NCBI GenBank assembly: GCA_050949345.1
Contig: JBMNFN010000001.1
Location: forward strand, 1,218,931 to 1,282,930
Source of the DNA: Anaerolineae bacterium
GTDB taxonomy: Bacteria > Chloroflexota > Anaerolineae > UBA1429
Direction of reading: 5' to 3'
DNA length: 64,000 nucleotides
In this document: positions 20,708-29,305 of the stretch, one piece after another
Numbering within the stretch: the first letter of the stretch is position 1
How the letters are laid out: each line of letters opens with the position of its first letter
Made by a program: the position numbers and the translations under genes
The notes under the pieces: model-generated
What the model saw: the letters and a program-made list of their open reading frames with translations, nothing else
What the model was told of the DNA's origin: nothing
Databases searched by the model: none

Positions 20708-22135
20708 CTAGTTCTCCTCCGGCGCCCAGGGCGACGCACACCCTCCGCTCAGATAAGCATCGATATCGTTGGCTGCCACACGACCGGCGCCCATGGCACT
20801 GATGACGGTAGCGGCGCCAGTAACGATGTCACCGCCCGCCCACACCCGCTCCTGCGTGGTGCGCCCCGTGGTGTGATCAGCGACGACGGTGCCCTGACGG
20901 GAGCGCTGCAGCCCCAGCGCCTCGGTGAACACCAGCGGGTTCGGCCGCGTGCCCAGCGCCATGATGACCGTATCCATGGCCAACTCAAACTCGGAGCCCT
21001 CTTCGGGAACCGGGCGGCGCCGGCCGCTCTCATCGGGCTCGCCCAGGGCCATACGAATGCAACGCAGCCCAGCCACGGTGCCCTGCTCATTGCCCAGCAC
21101 CGCCACCGGATTGGTGAGAAAGTCAAAGATGACGCCTTCCTCTTCGGCGTGCTCGACTTCTTCAGCACGCGCTGGCACCTCATCCCGCGAGCGGCGATAG
21201 ACAATGTGCACTTCTCTGGCACCCAGGCGGAGCGAGCATCGGGCAGCATCCATTGCCACGTTGCCCGCACCCACCACGGCTACACGCTCGCCCACCCGCA
21301 CCGGGGTATCCCAGTTGGGAAAGTCAAAGGCCTTCATCAGGTTCACCCGGGTGAGAAACTCGTTGGCGCTGTACACGCCGTTCAGGTTCTCACCGGGGAT
21401 GTTCATCATGATGGGAAGCCCAGCGCCTGTACCCAAAAAGATGGCGTCATATTCCTGGAGAAGCTCATCCATGGTGTAGAGCTTGCCGATGACAATGTTC
21501 TGGCGGATGTTGACGCCCAGCTGTTTCACATAGTCGATCTCGGCTGCGACGACGGACTTGGGCAGACGGAACTCGGGGATGCCATAGATCAACACGCCGC
21601 CTGCGGCGTGCAGTGCCTCCAGCATGTCTACCTGATAGCCCTTTTTCGCGAGGTCGCCGGCAGCGGTGAGGCCCGCAGGGCCAGAGCCCACAATTGCCAC
21701 CCGCTTGCCGTTGGACGGCGCTACCTCGGGAATCCGGATCCCCTGCTGCCGCTCCCAATCCGCAACGAACCGTTCCAGCCTGCCGATGGCCACCGGCTCA
21801 CCGCGCCGACCGAGCACGCACTGCTGTTCACACTGCGTTTCCTGGGGGCATACGCGGCCACAGATCGCCGGCAGACTGTTGTGATCCTTGAGGTAGGCCA
21901 CGCTCTGCCACATATCCCCCTCGCGCAGAGCCTTGATGAACTCGGGAATACGCACCTGCACCGGGCAACCGGTGATGCAGAGCGGGCGACGGCACTGGAT
22001 GCAACGGAGTGCCTCCTCGACGGCCATCTCGTGGGTGTACCCCAGTGCCACCTCGTTGAAATTATGGGCTCGCACCGCCGGATCCTGTGCGGGCATCGCG
22101 TGGCGCGCTGTTTGACCTTGATTTACGGTAGCCAT
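20708..22135 (-). CDS. nfnB: NADPH-dependent glutamate-synthase-small-subunit-like oxidoreductase (NfnB/SudA/GltD family)
   Basis: 475 aa from the ATG at 22135 (M102 of the track ORF; TAATG overlap with the upstream gene, GGAGG 10 nt upstream). It has two Cys clusters (CIQCRRPLCITGCP; CGRVCPQETQCEQQC) and two dinucleotide-binding GxGxxG motifs (VAIVGSGPAGL; VAVVGAGNVAMD). Confidence 0.8.
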   Translation of the reverse strand: MATVNQGQTARHAMPAQDPAVRAHNFNEVALGYTHEMAVEEALRCIQCRRPLCITGCPVQVRIPEFIKALREGDMWQSVAYLKDHNSLPAICGRVCPQETQCEQQCVLGRRGEPVAIGRLERFVADWERQQGIRIPEVAPSNGKRVAIVGSGPAGLTAAGDLAKKGYQVDMLEALHAAGGVLIYGIPEFRLPKSVVAAEIDYVKQLGVNIRQNIVIGKLYTMDELLQEYDAIFLGTGAGLPIMMNIPGENLNGVYSANEFLTRVNLMKAFDFPNWDTPVRVGERVAVVGAGNVAMDAARCSLRLGAREVHIVYRRSRDEVPARAEEVEHAEEEGVIFDFLTNPVAVLGNEQGTVAGLRCIRMALGEPDESGRRRPVPEEGSEFELAMDTVIMALGTRPNPLVFTEALGLQRSRQGTVVADHTTGRTTQERVWAGGDIVTGAATVISAMGAGRVAANDIDAYLSGGCASPWAPEEN

Positions 22136-22986
22136 TATCGAGCGTCCTCCTGCCCGGACTTGATCTGTTCCTTCTGGAAGAGCTCGAGCGCGCGCTTTTC
22201 CTCCTCCAGGTAGTAGCGCTGACGGCTGAACAGCAGGTCCCAGTCCACCTGGTGGGCGTCGAACTCGGGACCATCCACGCAGGCAAAAAAGGTGCGGCCC
22301 CCCACCGATACCCGGCAGGCGCCACACATGCCGGTGCCATCCACCATGACCGAGTTCAGGCTGACGATCGTCTTGACGCCATAGGGTTTGGTGGTGAGCG
22401 CGACAAACTTCATCATGATTGCGGGGCCCACCCCCCACACGCGGGCGATCTCACGCTCCTCACAGAGCTCCTTGAGCGGGATGGTGGTGAGGGCCTTGCG
22501 CCCGTAGCTGCCATCGTCCGTCACGACGATCAGCTCGTCCGTTACGGCGCGCATGCGCTCTTCCCAAAAGAGGAGCTCACCGGTTCGGGCCCCGATGATG
22601 GCAATCACGTGGTTGCCCGCCGCACGCAAAGAGCGACAGATGGGGTGAATGGCTGCGATGCCCAGGCCGCCACCCACAAGCACCACATTGCCATAGTTCT
22701 CCATCTCAGAGGGACGCCCCAGAGGCCCTGTGAAGCTCGCCAGGCTGTCGCCGGGAGAGAGCTGCTTCATGCGCTGCGTGGTGGCACCGATCTCCTGGGC
22801 GACGATGGTGATCGTTCCCGCCTCGATGTCGTTATCTGCAATGGTGAGCGGAATGCGCTCCCCATGCTCGGTGACCCGAACGATCACAAACTGGCCGGCT
22901 TGCGCCTTGCGGGCGATCTCGGGCGCCTCGATGACATACTCTGTGGTGACAGGTGTTAACGTCGCTTTGGACAGGATGCGGTACAC
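22135..22986 (-). CDS. nfnA: Ferredoxin-NADP reductase-like FAD/NAD and [2Fe-2S] subunit (NfnA/SudB/PyrK family)
   Basis: PyrK-like FAD-binding barrel (GQFVIVR) plus NAD-binding domain, and a C-terminal Cys cluster (CGACRVSVGGRTFFACVDGPEF). The likely start is the GTG at 22986 (GGGAGG upstream). The track start at 23022 is a TTG. Confidence 0.75.
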   Translation of the reverse strand: MYRILSKATLTPVTTEYVIEAPEIARKAQAGQFVIVRVTEHGERIPLTIADNDIEAGTITIVAQEIGATTQRMKQLSPGDSLASFTGPLGRPSEMENYGNVVLVGGGLGIAAIHPICRSLRAAGNHVIAIIGARTGELLFWEERMRAVTDELIVVTDDGSYGRKALTTIPLKELCEEREIARVWGVGPAIMMKFVALTTKPYGVKTIVSLNSVMVDGTGMCGACRVSVGGRTFFACVDGPEFDAHQVDWDLLFSRQRYYLEEEKRALELFQKEQIKSGQEDAR

Positions 22987-23081
22987 AGGACCTCCCAAAC
23001 CGATATTTGCTGCGCAGAACAACCGGCTGCCGCAGGCTGGAATCAGCGCACGGCGCCTGCAGCTGCGTTTATGCGCTGGTT

Positions 23082-23294
23082 TCAGGCCAAACTGAGCAAC
23101 TGCCTGAGTACATTCACCACTTGGACCGCGATAGACATGGCCTGCTGCAATGTCACGGGGTGCGCGTCCGAACGCGCAGCGCCAGCTCTGTTGGAGGCGC
23201 TCTTTTGCACTCGTCCCAGCAACACTGCTGCAACAACGCCAAGAATTGCACCAGCCAGTGCGCCAACGAGTATGCGCTGAGAGTCTTTACGCAC
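23082..23294 (-). CDS. YtxH-like small membrane stress protein
   Basis: Gly-zipper helix ILVGALAGAILGVVAAVLLGRVQKS, typical of the YtxH family. The GTG start at 23294 has AGGAGG 5 nt upstream. The track start is a TTG. Confidence 0.55.
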   Translation of the reverse strand: MRKDSQRILVGALAGAILGVVAAVLLGRVQKSASNRAGAARSDAHPVTLQQAMSIAVQVVNVLRQLLSLA

Positions 23295-23296
23295 GG

Positions 23297-23617
23297 CTAC
23301 CTCCTGCCCCAACCCCGGGCCAGGCCTTCGAGGAATCCCCCCATGCGTCCGACGGCGATGCGCATTCCCAACGCGGGCTCATGCACGCGGGCATTGACCC
23401 GCTGGATGTCGCCTGCCACCCTGGTGACCACCTGACTCGCCTTGCGCAGGGCAGGCCGCACCTGGGGCGAAAACCGAATGAGAGTGCGCGCACAGTACCA
23501 CAGGATCACCGCTTGCAGCACCAGCCCCAACAGAAAGGGTATGGCAAGCACAAGTATCGCCCAGTCTCGCGCGATGCCCGTCGCCGCTGCAATCTGTGCA
23601 ACTGATAGTATGATCAT
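23297..23617 (-). CDS. DUF948-like small membrane protein
   Basis: N-terminal TM helix (WAILVLAIPFLLGLVLQAVILWY) followed by a helical region. ATG start. Adjacent to the ytxH-like gene, as in the Firmicutes ytxG-ytxH pair. Confidence 0.5.
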   Translation of the reverse strand: MIILSVAQIAAATGIARDWAILVLAIPFLLGLVLQAVILWYCARTLIRFSPQVRPALRKASQVVTRVAGDIQRVNARVHEPALGMRIAVGRMGGFLEGLARGWGRR

Positions 23618-23629
23618 GCAAGTACCACT

Positions 23630-23914
23630 TTACAGGAGCTCGATGTCGACATCGAGCACATAGTAGTCAACCGCGTGATCCTCGATATACTCTGCCACAT
23701 TCTGCGCTTGCTGTTGGGCATGCCCCCGATCTGCAGATACGCACGCCAGCCCCAGCATTGCTCGCTGCCAGCTCTCCAGATGATCCACCTCTGCCACTGC
23801 GACGTTAAACTCTCGCCGCAGCAGCGCCACCAGTGCACGGATCACCTGGCGCTTGTCCTTGAGCGACTGTGATCCGGGAACCTGCAGCTCGACAGTGATC
23901 ACTCCAACGACCAT
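23630..23914 (-). CDS. DUF503 (YlxP-like) family protein
   Basis: MVVGVITVELQVPGSQSLKDKRQVIRALVALLRREFNVAVAEVDHLESWQRAMLGLACVSADRGHAQQ... is the conserved DUF503 pattern. The ATG at 23914 has AGGGG 8 nt upstream. Confidence 0.7.
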   Translation of the reverse strand: MVVGVITVELQVPGSQSLKDKRQVIRALVALLRREFNVAVAEVDHLESWQRAMLGLACVSADRGHAQQQAQNVAEYIEDHAVDYYVLDVDIELL

Positions 23915-23973
23915 CTTGGGGCCCCTGTCAGGCAACAGCGCGCATTATACCACACGGAGGCCGCGAACCAAGG

Positions 23974-24411
23974 TCAGGCGCCCTCTTGCTCTTGAATGCG
24001 AAAGGTGGTGATGATCTCTGCCTTGAGTGAGGCCATCACGCCACAGTACTTGGTCCGCGAAAGCTCCACTGCCCTGGCCACCGCGGCCTCTGAGAGATTC
24101 TTGCCCCTCAGCACGTATTCCACCTCAACCTTGACCATGCCCCGAGGATGCTCCTCCCGGCGGTAGCCCACCACATGGGTGGTAAAACCGGTGACATCCT
24201 GGCGCATCTTGGTTAGGATGGACATGATGTCCATGCCGCTGCAACCGGCCACGGAGGCTACCAGTGCCTCTGTAGGAGACACACCCTGGCGCGGCTCTCC
24301 TGTTGATGGTCCAGCCTCCATCACAAAGGTCTGCTGCGACTGCACCCCCTGGGCGACAAAGCGCAACGCACCGGCCCACTCTACGTCAACCCGAATCCCA
24401 TCCTCTGCCAT
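23974..24411 (-). CDS. osmC: OsmC/Ohr-family peroxiredoxin-like protein
   Basis: 145 aa from the ATG at 24411 (M67 of the track ORF), which has AGGAGG 5 nt upstream. OsmC fold motifs: LVASVAGCSGMDIMSIL and the ...KYCGV Cys pair. Confidence 0.8.
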   Translation of the reverse strand: MAEDGIRVDVEWAGALRFVAQGVQSQQTFVMEAGPSTGEPRQGVSPTEALVASVAGCSGMDIMSILTKMRQDVTGFTTHVVGYRREEHPRGMVKVEVEYVLRGKNLSEAAVARAVELSRTKYCGVMASLKAEIITTFRIQEQEGA

Positions 24412-24531
24412 GTGCCCTCCTGCCGTCCAAAGCGCATCAGCCTTTGCGCACTCTCCAATGCTGATGATACCACAGCGCACCAAGCCCCCACAAACAGGCA
24501 CCCAAGCAGGGCTGTGCCCGCGTCCAGGGAC

Positions 24532-24560
24532 TTGGTTCCGGGCGTGTGTGCGCCTATAGT
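24532..24560 (+). promoter_or_regulatory. Candidate promoter: TTGGTT, 17 nt spacer, TATAGT
   Basis: It lies upstream of the HhH-GPD gene, whose start at 24588 has AGGGAGG 9 nt upstream. Confidence 0.4.
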
Positions 24561-24587
24561 TCGGACAAGCAAGGGAGGTTTGCTTCG

Positions 24588-25238
24588 ATGACCGCTCCTC
24601 CGGATGCAAAGACGATCTTTGGATGGCTGCTGAGCATGTATGGCAACCAGAACTGGTGGCCCGGCAGGTCGCCTGTGGAGATCATGGTGGGCGCCATACT
24701 CACCCAGCGCACCTCGTGGCGCAACGTGACGCTGGCCATCTCCGAGCTTGACCGGGCAGGGCTTCTCTCGCTCACTGCTCTGCTGCAAGCCAGCCCCGAC
24801 ACGGTTCGTGCGGCCATCCGACCCGCAGGCTTTGCCAACGTCAAGTACAGGCGACTGATGTCCCTGCTCCAGTTCGTCGCGGGCTCCGGTGACCTGCCGG
24901 GTCTGGCTGCCACACCTACGGACGTACTCGCATCGAGCCTGCGTGCGGTGCCTGGCGTGGGTCCAGAGACAGCGGACAGCATCCTGCTGTATGCCCTCAA
25001 CCGGCCGGTCTTTGTGGTAGATGCTTACGCACGCCGGCTTCTGGAACGGCTGGGGAACCAGTGGGCACGGGCACCCTACCCCGTTCTGCAGCGCTGGTTC
25101 CAGGAGAGCCTGCCCACAGAGGTGGCTCTCCTGGGGGAGTACCACGCCCTGATCGTAGCCCACGGCAAGGCGCGCTGTCGTGTGCGCCCCCGCTGCACGG
25201 GATGCCTGGCGTGGCCGCAGTGCCCCCTCGGTCAATAG
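24588..25238 (+). CDS. HhH-GPD superfamily base-excision repair protein (endonuclease III-related, 4Fe-4S)
   Basis: Helix-hairpin-helix with a Gly/Pro-rich loop (LRAVPGVGPETADSILLYAL) and a C-terminal C-x6-C-x2-C-x5-C cluster (CRVRPRCTGCLAWPQC). Confidence 0.8.
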   Translation: MTAPPDAKTIFGWLLSMYGNQNWWPGRSPVEIMVGAILTQRTSWRNVTLAISELDRAGLLSLTALLQASPDTVRAAIRPAGFANVKYRRLMSLLQFVAGSGDLPGLAATPTDVLASSLRAVPGVGPETADSILLYALNRPVFVVDAYARRLLERLGNQWARAPYPVLQRWFQESLPTEVALLGEYHALIVAHGKARCRVRPRCTGCLAWPQCPLGQ

Positions 25239-25306
25239 GTACTGCCTGCGCAACCTCCATCCCAACCGTGCGTATAGTGGCTACAGTTCGTCCGTAGGAG
25301 AGAGAG

Positions 25307-25801
25307 ATGACCGAGCAGACTATGGAACTGGATACTACCATCCCTGCCGCGACCCAGCGCGTGGTCGAGTTCGAGCTGCGTCGCCCCACCCGGGAGGATC
25401 TGCAGTTGCCCAAGGTCGACCTGGAGCCTGTCCGCCAGGCCATAGAGGACGTGGCCTTGACCAGCATCGGCCTGGCGATCATCGGAGCACGCTCTCTGGT
25501 GCGCACTTGGCAGGCAGCCAGGCAGGCCGGTCGCGAGGCCGCGGCCGACCCGGGCCCCATCACCCGTGCCGTACTGGACCTGGTGCACTATCAGAGGCCC
25601 AGCGCCGAGACTCTATCGCGAGGCAACATCCCTGTGCTGCCCATCGCGGACTATGACGCGCTCAGCGCCGAGCAGCTGATCGCTCGGCTGACGACGCTGA
25701 CCCGTGGGGAGCTGGGCGCCGTGCGCGATTACGAGCTGGAGCATGCTCGCAGGACTGCCGTCCTGAAGGCGATCGACGGTCTGTTGGAGACCGCTCTCTA
25801 G
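25307..25801 (+). CDS. Hypothetical protein (164 aa), putative partner of the ArsA-like ATPase
   Basis: The ATG has AGGAG 6 nt upstream. It has a central hydrophobic segment (VALTSIGLAIIGARSLV) and a C-terminal helical module (IADYDALSAEQLIARLTTLTRGELGAVRDYELEHARR). Its TAG stop is immediately followed by the GTG start of the next gene. Confidence 0.55.
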   Translation: MTEQTMELDTTIPAATQRVVEFELRRPTREDLQLPKVDLEPVRQAIEDVALTSIGLAIIGARSLVRTWQAARQAGREAAADPGPITRAVLDLVHYQRPSAETLSRGNIPVLPIADYDALSAEQLIARLTTLTRGELGAVRDYELEHARRTAVLKAIDGLLETAL

Positions 25802-26983
25802 GTGCGCACCATTCTCTTTACAGGCAAGGGCGGCGTGGGCAAGACCACCCTCAGCGCCGCCACGGCCTTGCGGGCAGCGGAACTGGGCCATCGCACCCTG
25901 GTCATCAGCACAGACACTGCGCACAGTCTGGGCGATGCATTGGGGGTTACCCTGTCGAACGCCCCACAGCGTCTGCCCGGTACCGAACTCGAGGCACTGG
26001 AACTCGATACCGGTGAAGAACTGGAGCGCTATTGGGGCAACATCAAGCGCCGCCTGGCCGATGAGCTGGCCGCACAGGGCGTTTCAGCCCCTGTGGCAGG
26101 AGAGCTGGCCATCCTGCCCGGCCTGGACGAGCTGGTGGCGCTGGTGCGCCTGCGACACTATCAGGCGCACGGAGCCTATGATCTGTTGGTGATCGACAGT
26201 GCCCCCACCGGCGCCGCCATGCGCCTGCTGGGCGCGCCGGATCTGCAACGCGCGGTTTCGCGCAATGTAAGAGGTCTTTCGTCCGGCGCCGCCCGGCTGC
26301 TGATGCCCGCGCTCTCTCGCGCCCTCAAGCAGCCGTTGAGCGAGATGGCGCTGCAAACGCAGATCCAGAGCCTGTTCGATGAGATCGCTGATCTGCGCCA
26401 GGCGCTCTCTAACCGTGACCTCACCTCAGTGCGCCTGGTGCTGAATCCTGACCAGCTTTCCCTGCGCGAGACGCAGCGCGCCTACACGTACATGTGCCTC
26501 TTTGGCCTGAACGTCGACAGTTTGTATGTCAACCGCCTGCTGCCCCCATCGGTACAGGACCCCTTTTTCGCCCATTGGAAGGCAGACCAGGCCGTGCATG
26601 TGGACGAGGTTCGCGCCATGTACGCCCCCTTGCCTGTGTTCCCTCTGACGCTGCAGGAGCGCGAAGTGGTTGGCGTGCCCGCACTGAGCGCATTGGGTCG
26701 GGCGGTGTATGCCAACATCGACCCCTCTAGTGCGTTGGCCGACGAGCAACCGCTGCGTTTCGAGTCGCGCAATGGTTATCAGGTGCTGCGGCTGGGCGTC
26801 TCTGGTGTGGGCACGCACGAAGTGCAGTTGGACAAGGTGGGCGACGAGCTCCGGGTGCGTCTGGGCAACTTTAGGCGCACACTGGCGCTGCCGCAGGTGC
26901 TTGCTGCCCTCGAGCCGGCCTGGGCCAGCATCGAGGGCCACGACCTGGTGGTCGCCTTCAGGGAGCCCACGCCCCAGCAGTGA
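25802..26983 (+). CDS. ArsA/Get3-family P-loop ATPase with a C-terminal HSP20-like (ArsA_HSP20) domain
   Basis: Deviant Walker A FTGKGGVGKTT, an A-loop/switch region (DTAHSL...VIDSAPTG), and a C-terminal beta-sandwich-like segment (YQVLRLGVSGVGTHEVQLDKVGDELRVRLGNFRR...HDLVVAF). The GTG start is directly after the upstream TAG. Confidence 0.8.
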   Translation: MRTILFTGKGGVGKTTLSAATALRAAELGHRTLVISTDTAHSLGDALGVTLSNAPQRLPGTELEALELDTGEELERYWGNIKRRLADELAAQGVSAPVAGELAILPGLDELVALVRLRHYQAHGAYDLLVIDSAPTGAAMRLLGAPDLQRAVSRNVRGLSSGAARLLMPALSRALKQPLSEMALQTQIQSLFDEIADLRQALSNRDLTSVRLVLNPDQLSLRETQRAYTYMCLFGLNVDSLYVNRLLPPSVQDPFFAHWKADQAVHVDEVRAMYAPLPVFPLTLQEREVVGVPALSALGRAVYANIDPSSALADEQPLRFESRNGYQVLRLGVSGVGTHEVQLDKVGDELRVRLGNFRRTLALPQVLAALEPAWASIEGHDLVVAFREPTPQQ

Positions 26984-26984
26984 G

Positions 26985-28106
26985 CTAACGGCCCTCAGGG
27001 GCATCGCCCCAGTCAGGGACTGGCAACACCTCGCCATCTCGCAGCGCCGATTGATGAGCCACGATTCCGGGCGCCAGATAGCGCATGGCCTGCCACACAT
27101 TGGCCCGCGGGTGCCTGCCGGTGATGCAGGCCCTCACAAAGGCGTGCACCAGGTAGGCATGTGAACCCCCATGTCCTCCCAAGTTGCTTGCCAGGGCAGC
27201 GGGCAACGCCTCACGGGGCTCATCCAGCTCCAGCTCTTTCCAGCCCGAGCGATCTGTCCAACGAACGCCACTGGGATCGCTGACAAAACTGGCTTTTGTC
27301 CCAAACAACCGAAAGGACTCTCGCTCGGGATGACCTACGCGACGAAGCTCGGCGTGGCGAACAATGGCCCCGTTACTCATACGGTAGAGCGCCACCTCGT
27401 TGCCAAAACGGTTGTTCCAAAGGGTGCCGGGTATAAACCAGTCTTCATCGGGTTTCTCGTATCCGAGGGCGGACACAGAGGTCATGTGGGCGCCCATGAT
27501 CTCGACCATGCTGGATGTGGCGTGGGTAGGATAATGCATGGGGATGCAACCGCGCTTGTCGGGCCCCCAGTTGGCGCCCCAGCGGTTGCGATACACCTCA
27601 TACAGATTCGCCGAGGGACTGTTCATGTCGTGCCAGTATTCACACTCGCCATAGGTGAGCGCGCCAAACCCTCCCGCCAGTGCCCGCTGGCGACAGTACT
27701 CGGTCTCACGGCGATAGAGCGTGGTCTCACCGAGCATGTACACAGTGCCACTCCGCCTGACGGCCTGCACCAGCTGGTCGCAGCGCTCCAGCAGCACATC
27801 ACCCTCATTGCCATACACGGCGGGAACTGCGCTGTACACGTGCTTGCCCGCCTCCAGAGCCTGCATGGCCTGCTCCCAGTGCAGCCAGGGCTGGGTGATC
27901 AGCACCACCGCATCGATATCGCTCCTGCACAGGGCATCTAGCGAGGCGTAGCACTCGGTGATGCCGTGCTCCCGCGCAGCGGTCGCCAGGCGCAGGGGGT
28001 CCACATCGCACAGCGCCAGACAATCCACTTCCGGATGCTGCCCGTACAATTGCACAAACTGCCGTCCGAACTGTCCCAACCCCACCAATCCGACTGATAT
28101 GCCCAT
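26985..28106 (-). CDS. Gfo/Idh/MocA-family NAD(P)-dependent oxidoreductase
   Basis: 373 aa from the ATG at 28106 (M54), which has AAGGAGG 6 nt upstream. N-terminal Rossmann VGLVGLGQFGRQF and the GFM C-terminal domain. Confidence 0.8.
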   Translation of the reverse strand: MGISVGLVGLGQFGRQFVQLYGQHPEVDCLALCDVDPLRLATAAREHGITECYASLDALCRSDIDAVVLITQPWLHWEQAMQALEAGKHVYSAVPAVYGNEGDVLLERCDQLVQAVRRSGTVYMLGETTLYRRETEYCRQRALAGGFGALTYGECEYWHDMNSPSANLYEVYRNRWGANWGPDKRGCIPMHYPTHATSSMVEIMGAHMTSVSALGYEKPDEDWFIPGTLWNNRFGNEVALYRMSNGAIVRHAELRRVGHPERESFRLFGTKASFVSDPSGVRWTDRSGWKELELDEPREALPAALASNLGGHGGSHAYLVHAFVRACITGRHPRANVWQAMRYLAPGIVAHQSALRDGEVLPVPDWGDAPEGR

Positions 28107-28182
28107 GCTCTCCTCCTTGCGACCTTGTGATCTTGTAACACAAGCCATGCCTGGCTTCAATCTCTGCCCGGCCCATCGATCG

Positions 28183-28211
28183 TTGACAGGGGGAACACAC
28201 AGGTTGATAAT
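28183..28211 (+). promoter_or_regulatory. Candidate promoter: TTGACA, 17 nt spacer, GATAAT
   Basis: Upstream of the ADH gene. GAGGAGG lies 8 nt before the ATG at 28241. Confidence 0.45.
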
Positions 28212-28240
28212 CGCATAAAGCCCACTGAGGAGGCCTGACG

Positions 28241-29275
28241 ATGAAAGCCCTGGTTCATACCGCACCCTATGTCGTGGAATACACCGACTGGCCCAAGCCC
28301 GAGGCAGGGCCGGAGGACCTGCTGGTGAGGGTTCGCTCCTGCGCGATCTGCGGATCCGACATAAAGGGGTACTCGGGTAGCACCGGCAGACGGCAGCCCC
28401 CCATCATCATGGGGCACGAGGCCGCCGGCGTGGTCGAGGCCATCGGGGAAAAGGTGGTCGGCTTTACGGTGGGTGATCGCGTCACTTTTGACTCGACCAT
28501 TTACTGCCGCCTGTGCTACTTTTGCCAGACGGGTCACCCGAATTTGTGTGATCACCGTGAGGTAATTGGAGTTTCTGAAGGCACCTATCGGCGACACGGA
28601 GCCATGGCCGAGTATGTGACAGTGCCCTACTGGGTGGCGGTACGCATGCCCGAGGGACTGAGCTTTGCCCAGGCTTCGCTGGTTGAGACTGCCTCGGTGG
28701 GCGTGCACGCCGCCAACCGCACTCCCTTGACTCTGAATGATACGGTGGTCATCGTGGGGGCGGGCGCTGTGGGGTTGGTAGCCCTGCAGGCCATGCGCCT
28801 CAAGGGTGCGGGCCGGGTGATCGTGACCGATCTGTCACCGGCACGGCTGGAGATGGCCCGTTCCATGGGCGCCGACGTCACCATCGAGGCAGATGCCCCC
28901 GATCTGATGGAGCAGTTGCTGGCGGCAACGGGGCCTCGCGGCGCCGACGCGACATTGGAAGCGGTGGGCATTCAGCCCACCTTTGAGACGGCGCTGGCCA
29001 TCACCCGCAAGGGGGGCAGTCTCACGCTCATCGGCAATGTGGCCCAGCAGATCAGCATGGCACTGCAGAGCATCGTGAGCCGCGAGATCACCATATATGG
29101 CGTATGCGCCAACAATGGTGAGATTCCCGCCTGCGTGGAGCTCATCGCCTCGGGACGGCTCAACGTCGACCCCTTTATCAGCGAGTTTGCCAGTCTCGAG
29201 GACGGCCAGGCAGTCTTCGACCGGCTCTACAAAGGGGTGGAAGGCAATATCCGGACGCTGTTCACCTTTGAGTAG
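28241..29275 (+). CDS. Zn-dependent alcohol/polyol dehydrogenase (MDR family; threonine/galactitol-1-P DH-like)
   Basis: GHEAAGVV catalytic Zn site, structural Zn CRLCYFCQTGHPNLC, and Rossmann VGAGAVGL. Confidence 0.85.
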   Translation: MKALVHTAPYVVEYTDWPKPEAGPEDLLVRVRSCAICGSDIKGYSGSTGRRQPPIIMGHEAAGVVEAIGEKVVGFTVGDRVTFDSTIYCRLCYFCQTGHPNLCDHREVIGVSEGTYRRHGAMAEYVTVPYWVAVRMPEGLSFAQASLVETASVGVHAANRTPLTLNDTVVIVGAGAVGLVALQAMRLKGAGRVIVTDLSPARLEMARSMGADVTIEADAPDLMEQLLAATGPRGADATLEAVGIQPTFETALAITRKGGSLTLIGNVAQQISMALQSIVSREITIYGVCANNGEIPACVELIASGRLNVDPFISEFASLEDGQAVFDRLYKGVEGNIRTLFTFE

Positions 29276-29305
29276 CCGACACGCGTGCTGCTGAGGATAT
29301 CGGCG

